Source of the DNA: an uncultured Anaerolineaceae bacterium
GTDB lineage: Bacteria > Chloroflexota > Limnocylindria > Limnocylindrales > CSP1-4
Direction of reading: 5' to 3'
Length of the DNA stretch: 64,000 bases
Assembly (NCBI GenBank): GCA_964475245.1
Contig: CAYYVV010000007.1
Location: 13,847-77,846 of the forward strand
This document shows positions 59,109 to 64,000 of the stretch, one piece after another. The position numbers were made by a program, and so were the translations under genes. Below the pieces are notes generated by a model. That model was not told the origin of the DNA. It saw only the letters and a program-made list of their open reading frames with translations, and did not search any database. Each line of letters begins with the position of its first letter. Positions within the stretch are counted from its first letter, which is position 1.

Positions 59109-60256
59109 CCCAAAGCCGCCCGGACCAACAACTTGCCGCCGGCTCGTCTTCGAAAGGACACTGCCGGCTTGCCCCGGTCGGCCGCGATGAAGGGAAGCAC
59201 AAGCCCGGCAAACGCGATGAACGGAAGAACCGCGTCGGCACGTTCACCAAGTGCCGGGAAGAGGGCGAACAGGATCGTCGGCAGCCAGCAGGCCAGCGGC
59301 AGCAGGAAGCCCCACGGCCGGCCGCGCGAGGCGAGGAAGGCAGCAGGAATGATCAGGATCGTGAGGTAGTGGTCCCACAGCAGCGGGGCGAGAAGCACCG
59401 TCGCTGTGAGCGTCACCACGTAGCTCAGCTCGCGATCGCGGCGCAGGCTCAAGGCCATCGCGGCGAGCGCCACGCCATATCCCGCGAAGAGGGCGATCGA
59501 GGCGAACGATGCTGAGCCGCTCAACAGCAGAACCGCGGAGCCCACGTCCACGTTGGCCTTTACGCCGGTGACGTCGCTCACGTTGCGCAGAACGGCCAGG
59601 TAGTCGAACCAGCCGTTGAAGCCGACGAACGGCAGTGTGGCGGCGGCAATCAGCGCGAACACTCCGATCGTCACGGCTACCGGCTTCCACACCCCGCGAA
59701 AGATCCACCACGCCGCTATCAACGCCATCGTCGGACGCAAGGTCAGCGCGGCCGCTAACGCCAACCCGCCGATCGGTCGATCGAGCCAGCGCCAGACCAG
59801 GGCTCCAAAGAACGTGACGATGAGGCTGACGTTGCCGAGGTTGAGGTCGAACAGGAACGGCGCACTCAACGCGCTTATTCCGAAACTGGCGATGCGTACG
59901 TTTCGGGACACGGGCATCGCGGCGCACGTTGCGCCCATGAGCGCGACTCGGAGCCCCAGCCACGCGATGACCGCGCCCGAATCACCGAGCGCCGTAAGCG
60001 GCATGAACAGAATTGCCAGCGGAGGCGCATACAGGTAGAGGCCGTACGGACCGGGGCGGAACGGGCCGCTCAGGGTCTGGCTCTGGTATGGCGAGCCCGT
60101 CGTGGCGAGTCGCTGCGCGGCGTCGAAATACGCGTTGAAGTCATAGGCCCAGCCCGGTGAGTTCCCAATCCAGCTAGATATGGCAGCCGTGAGCACGAGC
60201 ATGCCGACCACCGCCAAACCGATCGCCAGCGGCCCAGCCCAGCGATGGAGCCTCAT
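59105..60256 (-). CDS. GT87/DUF2029 polytopic membrane mannosyltransferase
   Basis: The start was chosen at MRLHRWAGPL. The 696-aa track ORF's N-terminal extension overlaps the upstream gene and is rejected. Confidence 0.7.
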   Translation of the reverse strand: MRLHRWAGPLAIGLAVVGMLVLTAAISSWIGNSPGWAYDFNAYFDAAQRLATTGSPYQSQTLSGPFRPGPYGLYLYAPPLAILFMPLTALGDSGAVIAWLGLRVALMGATCAAMPVSRNVRIASFGISALSAPFLFDLNLGNVSLIVTFFGALVWRWLDRPIGGLALAAALTLRPTMALIAAWWIFRGVWKPVAVTIGVFALIAAATLPFVGFNGWFDYLAVLRNVSDVTGVKANVDVGSAVLLLSGSASFASIALFAGYGVALAAMALSLRRDRELSYVVTLTATVLLAPLLWDHYLTILIIPAAFLASRGRPWGFLLPLACWLPTILFALFPALGERADAVLPFIAFAGLVLPFIAADRGKPAVSFRRRAGGKLLVRAALG

Positions 60257-61560
60257 TGGACCACCGGGCTGAGGTGCGTTCGGCCGGGCCTGATTGCGCG
60301 GCCAAGGCAGATCCGGAGGCCTGGCGCGACGAGCCACGCGAACAGGCCCAGGAGAAGGATGTTGCGCATTGCGAGGGCGATGATGAGGCCCGGGTCGAGC
60401 GCCAGGAGCTCCTGGTAGGCGAGCGGAAAGATGTATGAGGTGAGGACGCATGCGGCGAGAACCAGCGCGAGCTTGCCGCGCGTTAGCAGGGCGGCGAACG
60501 GCAGCAGCCACGCCAGGTACTGCGGGGACAGGACGCGGTAGGCAAGCATGAAGAGCAGGAGCGCGGCGGAGATGAGCTCGACGAACAGTTGCGCGTCCAT
60601 GCCCGGGCTCGACCATCGGAAGCTCGAGTAGGCAGATACGGCCAGCAGCGCGCCCATCGCAACGGGCAGCACCACGAACGTCCAGCCGAGCGCGTCCACA
60701 AGCGGAGAGGCGACCTGCCACGAGAAGTAGTCCACCGACAACTGCACGGGCACTCCGGCGAGAGCATGACCAAGCAGCACAAGCGATCCCACGACGCTCT
60801 CGACCTGCACACCCCGGTTTGTCTGGTAGCCGATGAACTCCAGGCCGCTCGCGCCGGAAAGCGCGAACAGCGTGGCGCTCACGACGACAGCCGAGGCGAG
60901 CGAGGCAACCAGCACGAGCACGGCGCCGCGGCGCCGGCCGGCGGCGAATTCGCGCCAGGCGAACAGCGGCACCAGCACGACCGCGTAGAGCTTGACCAAC
61001 GCTGACAGCGCGAGGGCCACGCCGCTGAGCGCGTTGCGTCGCGCGATCAGCGCGGCGAAAGCCGCAAGCGTCAGCAGAGAGGCAAGTGCGTCGAGCCGAA
61101 ACAGCACGACTGGTGTCGCGGCCACGAGCAGCACGAAGACGCCCGCGGTGCGTATCGGCGAGCGGGACGAGTAACCGGATCTGGCGATGAACCACAGCAG
61201 GGCGGCAGAAACGGCGAGGAACAGCGCGTTGAGACCCGCCAAAGCCCAGGCGTATGCTTCGAACGAGCTGGCCACGCCAGCGAGGACGAGGGGCACGAGT
61301 GCCAATACGGGGTACTCGAACGGGAAGTCTCGGTAGGGCAACTGTCCGGCGACGATCTTCTGCGCGACGGCGCGGTAGTACGCGATGTCGTCGCCCATCA
61401 CCACAGGGCCGGTGGTGGCAAGGTGGCGCACGAGAGCCAGCAGCAAACCACCTGCAGCCAACACAAGGACGACCTCGACCAGGGCGAGGAACGTTTCCGT
61501 GCCGACGCGGCGGCGGCTCAGCGGCTGGTGCAAGTTGGAACCGGTTTTCTCACGTGCCAA
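60253..61560 (-). CDS. GT87/DUF2029 polytopic membrane mannosyltransferase (second paralogue)
   Basis: 435 aa polytopic protein with a similar architecture (ALSALVKLYAVVLVPLFAW...). 4-nt overlap with the downstream paralogue. Confidence 0.7.
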   Translation of the reverse strand: MAREKTGSNLHQPLSRRRVGTETFLALVEVVLVLAAGGLLLALVRHLATTGPVVMGDDIAYYRAVAQKIVAGQLPYRDFPFEYPVLALVPLVLAGVASSFEAYAWALAGLNALFLAVSAALLWFIARSGYSSRSPIRTAGVFVLLVAATPVVLFRLDALASLLTLAAFAALIARRNALSGVALALSALVKLYAVVLVPLFAWREFAAGRRRGAVLVLVASLASAVVVSATLFALSGASGLEFIGYQTNRGVQVESVVGSLVLLGHALAGVPVQLSVDYFSWQVASPLVDALGWTFVVLPVAMGALLAVSAYSSFRWSSPGMDAQLFVELISAALLLFMLAYRVLSPQYLAWLLPFAALLTRGKLALVLAACVLTSYIFPLAYQELLALDPGLIIALAMRNILLLGLFAWLVAPGLRICLGRAIRPGRTHLSPVVQ

Positions 61561-61588
61561 TGGTTAAGCGATAGAGGCAGGGAGAGCA

Positions 61589-63238
61589 ATGGCCGATTTC
61601 GCCGCACTCGTGGATGACTTTCTGACAAACGAGTTCGAGACATCGCCGGTGTCCGCGAGCTATCTCGGACTGACCCAGTACGACGAGCGTCTGGACGATC
61701 TCTCGGCCGAGGCGTTCCGCAAGCGCGACGCAGACGCGGCCGAGTGGCTGAGCAAGTTCGAGAATGCGGGCCCGGATCTGTCGTTCGACGACGAGATCGA
61801 CCGCGAGCTGGCGATCTCGACGCTCAAGGGCAGGCTGATCGGCGCCGATTGGCAGGTCTGGCGGCGTGACCCGACAACCTACTCGGGCACCATCCTCAAC
61901 TCGCTCTTCAACCTCTTCCTCAACCGGCTGCTGCCGGCCGAGGACCTGGTCGACGCGGCCGTGGCGCGCCTCGAGCAGGTGCCGCGCGCACTCGAGCAGG
62001 CGCGCGCCAACCTGGACCCGGAGCTGGCCGCACCGCTGATCGTCGAGCGTGGCGCGGGCTCCGCGCGCGCCGGCGGCCAGTACGTGCGCAGCATGCTCGT
62101 CGACGAAGGCGAGACGGACTCGCAACGAGATCGACTGCGGGCCGCCGGCGCCATTGCCGGCGACGCGTTCGACGAGTACGTCGCGTTCCTGGAAGGGCTT
62201 CTGGCGCAGGCAAAAGGCACGTGGGTCTATGGCGAGGAGCGCTACTCGCGTCAGTTGCGTGAGCGCGAGGCACTCAACTTCGACGCGCGCTCGCTGCGCG
62301 AGATGGGCCAGGCCGAATACGACCGGCTCGACGCCGAGATGAAGCAGCTGTGCCTCGACGCCAAGGGCACCGACGACTGGCGCGCCGTGCTTCACGCGGC
62401 GAACGAGGATCACCCGCGGACCGAGGAGGCAATGCGCCGGACGTACGCCGACTGGACCGAGAAGTCGCGTGTCTTCCTGGCCCAGACGGGCCTGGTCACG
62501 CTGCCCGACGGCGAGTCGTGCTCGGTCGATCCGTCGCCGGTTTTCACCCGTCCGCTGATCGCCGTTGCCTCGTACTCGGGGCCGCCCGCGTTCTCAGATC
62601 GGCGTGCCGGCCATTTCTTCGTGCCCATAGCACCCGACGGGACGCCGGAGGCCGAGATCCAGAAGCGACTCGGTTCGAACAGCAACTCGAGCATTCCCAC
62701 CGTCACCGTCCACGAGGCGTATCCCGGCCACCACTGGCACATCACGTGGAGCAAGATCCACTCGCCCAAGCTCCGTCTGGTGCTCGGTACGCCGTATTTC
62801 AGCGAGGGCTGGGCGCTTTATGCCGAGCGGGCGATGCGCGAGCAGGGCTTCTTTGAGGATCCGATCCAGGAGCTCCAGCACCTCGAGGCGACGATCTTCC
62901 GCGCCGCGCGGATAGTGGTCGACACCAGCCTGCACATGGGCGAGATGGACTACGAGCAGGGCGTCGAGTTCATGACGACCAAGACGCCGCTGAGCGAGCC
63001 GACTGCCCGCGCGGAGGTCGGTCGCTACTGCTCGTGGCCCACGCAGGCATCGGCCTACCTGACCGGCTGCCTGGAGATCCTGCGCATCCGCGGCCGCTTC
63101 TTTGCAGCGCGCGGGCAGGCCGGTGTGGCTCCCAAAGACGTCCCGATGGAGATCATGCGCGAGTTCCACGACCGGATCGCGGCCACCGGACGCATGCCCG
63201 TGGGCCTCGCCGAGAAGGCGCTCATGGCGCAGGCCTGA
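61589..63238 (+). CDS. DUF885-family protein (putative zinc metallopeptidase-like)
   Basis: HEAYPGHHWH, 549 aa. SD gggagag before the ATG. Confidence 0.8.
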   Translation: MADFAALVDDFLTNEFETSPVSASYLGLTQYDERLDDLSAEAFRKRDADAAEWLSKFENAGPDLSFDDEIDRELAISTLKGRLIGADWQVWRRDPTTYSGTILNSLFNLFLNRLLPAEDLVDAAVARLEQVPRALEQARANLDPELAAPLIVERGAGSARAGGQYVRSMLVDEGETDSQRDRLRAAGAIAGDAFDEYVAFLEGLLAQAKGTWVYGEERYSRQLREREALNFDARSLREMGQAEYDRLDAEMKQLCLDAKGTDDWRAVLHAANEDHPRTEEAMRRTYADWTEKSRVFLAQTGLVTLPDGESCSVDPSPVFTRPLIAVASYSGPPAFSDRRAGHFFVPIAPDGTPEAEIQKRLGSNSNSSIPTVTVHEAYPGHHWHITWSKIHSPKLRLVLGTPYFSEGWALYAERAMREQGFFEDPIQELQHLEATIFRAARIVVDTSLHMGEMDYEQGVEFMTTKTPLSEPTARAEVGRYCSWPTQASAYLTGCLEILRIRGRFFAARGQAGVAPKDVPMEIMREFHDRIAATGRMPVGLAEKALMAQA

Positions 63239-63370
63239 GATACGACTGCAACTCGTGCGGCGCGGCGCGCAATGAGGCCGGACTGCCCGCGCACGTAAGG
63301 TTCGCGGCAGACAACTGGATCATGTCCTGTGCGTGGCGTCTGGTGACGGGACGCTGCCGCATAGAAAATT

Positions 63371-63401
63371 GCACGGCCCGGGCCCCCTCCCCGGGCCGTG
63401 C
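63371..63401 (+). terminator. GC-rich hairpin (gcacggcccggg / ccccctc / cccgggccgtgc) about 130 nt downstream of the DUF885 stop
   Basis: Read directly. Perfect 12-bp stem with a C-rich loop. There is no strong U tract. Confidence 0.35.
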
Positions 63402-63429
63402 GTGCTGTCTGGCGTAATACGATCGCTCG

Positions 63430-64000
63430 GTGAGCGAAGCGCCCGGCCACGGACCACTTGCCGGGCTGCGCGTGCTCGAGCTTTCGACCGTGCTGGCGGG
63501 ACCGTATTGCGCGATGGTCCTGGCCGACCTGGGCGCTGACGTGATCAAGGTCGAACGACCTGAAGGCGATCCGACGCGTGGCTACGGCCCGCCCTGGATC
63601 GGTGAGGGAGCGTCGAAAACCGCCGTCTACTACCTGTCGGTCAATCGCAACAAGCGCAGCCTGCGCCTGGATCTCCATAGCCCGCGGGGTGTCGACGTGC
63701 TGCGCCGGTTGATCGGTCGGTCGGACGTCCTGGTCGAGAACTTCCGCCCTGGTGGAATGGAGCGCCTTGGGCTGGGCGACCGCGAGCTTCTGGAGCTCAA
63801 CGCGAAGCTCGTCCACCTGTCGATCACGGGCTACGGACCCGACGGACCCGACGCAGCCAAGCCGGGCTTCGACTTCGTCGCCCAGGCGGTGGGCGGGCTG
63901 ATGTCGGTCACCGGATTTGCGGAGGGCGACGGAGGCCGGCCGACAAAGGTGGGTGTCGCCATCAGCGATGTCGTGACCGGCCTACTTGGCGCCGTCGGCG
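63430..64000 (+). CDS. CoA-transferase family III (CaiB/BaiF) protein, partial (runs off window end)
   Basis: LAGLRVLELSTVLAGPYCAMVLADLGADVIKVERPEGD is the family signature. Confidence 0.85.
   Translation, partial: MSEAPGHGPLAGLRVLELSTVLAGPYCAMVLADLGADVIKVERPEGDPTRGYGPPWIGEGASKTAVYYLSVNRNKRSLRLDLHSPRGVDVLRRLIGRSDVLVENFRPGGMERLGLGDRELLELNAKLVHLSITGYGPDGPDAAKPGFDFVAQAVGGLMSVTGFAEGDGGRPTKVGVAISDVVTGLLGAVG

Noticed and set aside
59105-61195. 696-aa - strand ORF
   Set aside because: Only the C-terminal 383 aa (from MRLHRWAGPL at 60256) look like a GT87 membrane protein. The N-terminal Arg/Pro-rich 310 aa overlap the upstream GT87 paralogue in another frame.
63371-63401. Possible 6C-family sRNA
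   Set aside because: There is only one hairpin with a C-rich loop. 6C RNAs have two. It is called a terminator-like hairpin instead.

Overview
This is a high-GC (about 70%) chromosomal segment of actinobacterial character. The supporting markers are a DUF385 deazaflavin-type nitroreductase, tandem GT87/DUF2029 mannosyltransferases, ppm1, GpgS, guaB3-like, SigK/RskA-like and pdxST. It is densely coding, with about 60 genes and many 4-nt stop/start overlaps. Most large + strand ORFs in the six-frame track are antisense shadows of real - strand genes, and the reverse also occurs; this is typical of high-GC DNA.

Gene content from start to end:
- rdgB(partial)-rph-mazG and SurA-like housekeeping genes.
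- Envelope glycosylation genes: GT4, ppm1, and later two GT87 genes.
- A secreted caspase/gingipain-like peptidase with FlgD Ig-like domains, divergent from a LysM protein.
- mreC-mreB.
- A RadC/CPBP/zinc-ribbon/membrane/methyltransferase string.
- guaA and a guaB3-like gene.
- A threonine/serine dehydratase, a GAF-GGDEF protein, and a sigma-ECF/anti-sigma/tmk operon.
- Divergent from that operon, a DUF4331 / TPR / RcnA-like His-rich permease / ELWxxDGT cluster.
- A Ycf45-like AAA+R3H ATPase and pdxST.
- A leucine-catabolism operon: MCC beta, methylglutaconyl-CoA hydratase, MCC alpha, HMG-CoA lyase.
- A long + strand operon: cca, TPR, galE, a ligase-like gene, GNAT, a GT81-like gene, USP-GpgS, glxK, nth.
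- DUF885 and a partial CoA-transferase.

No rRNA, tRNA or CRISPR array was recognised.

Most unusual observations:
(1) Two families of small inverted-repeat-bounded intergenic elements, 150-240 bp. They occur at two separate loci, in the same B-then-A order at both.
(2) An excisionase-type HTH fused in frame to the N-terminus of the MCC alpha biotin carboxylase.
(3) An ATP-dependent DNA-ligase-like ORF in which the motif I lysine and other catalytic residues are replaced.
(4) A double-USP fusion to GpgS, next to a paralogous GT81-like gene and glycerate kinase.
(5) A candidate ECF-sigma-linked metal module: DUF4331, TPR, and an RcnA-like permease carrying an N-terminal periplasmic domain.
(6) A DUF385 ORF that lies in frame directly behind the TGA stop of the upstream gene, with its N-terminus missing.
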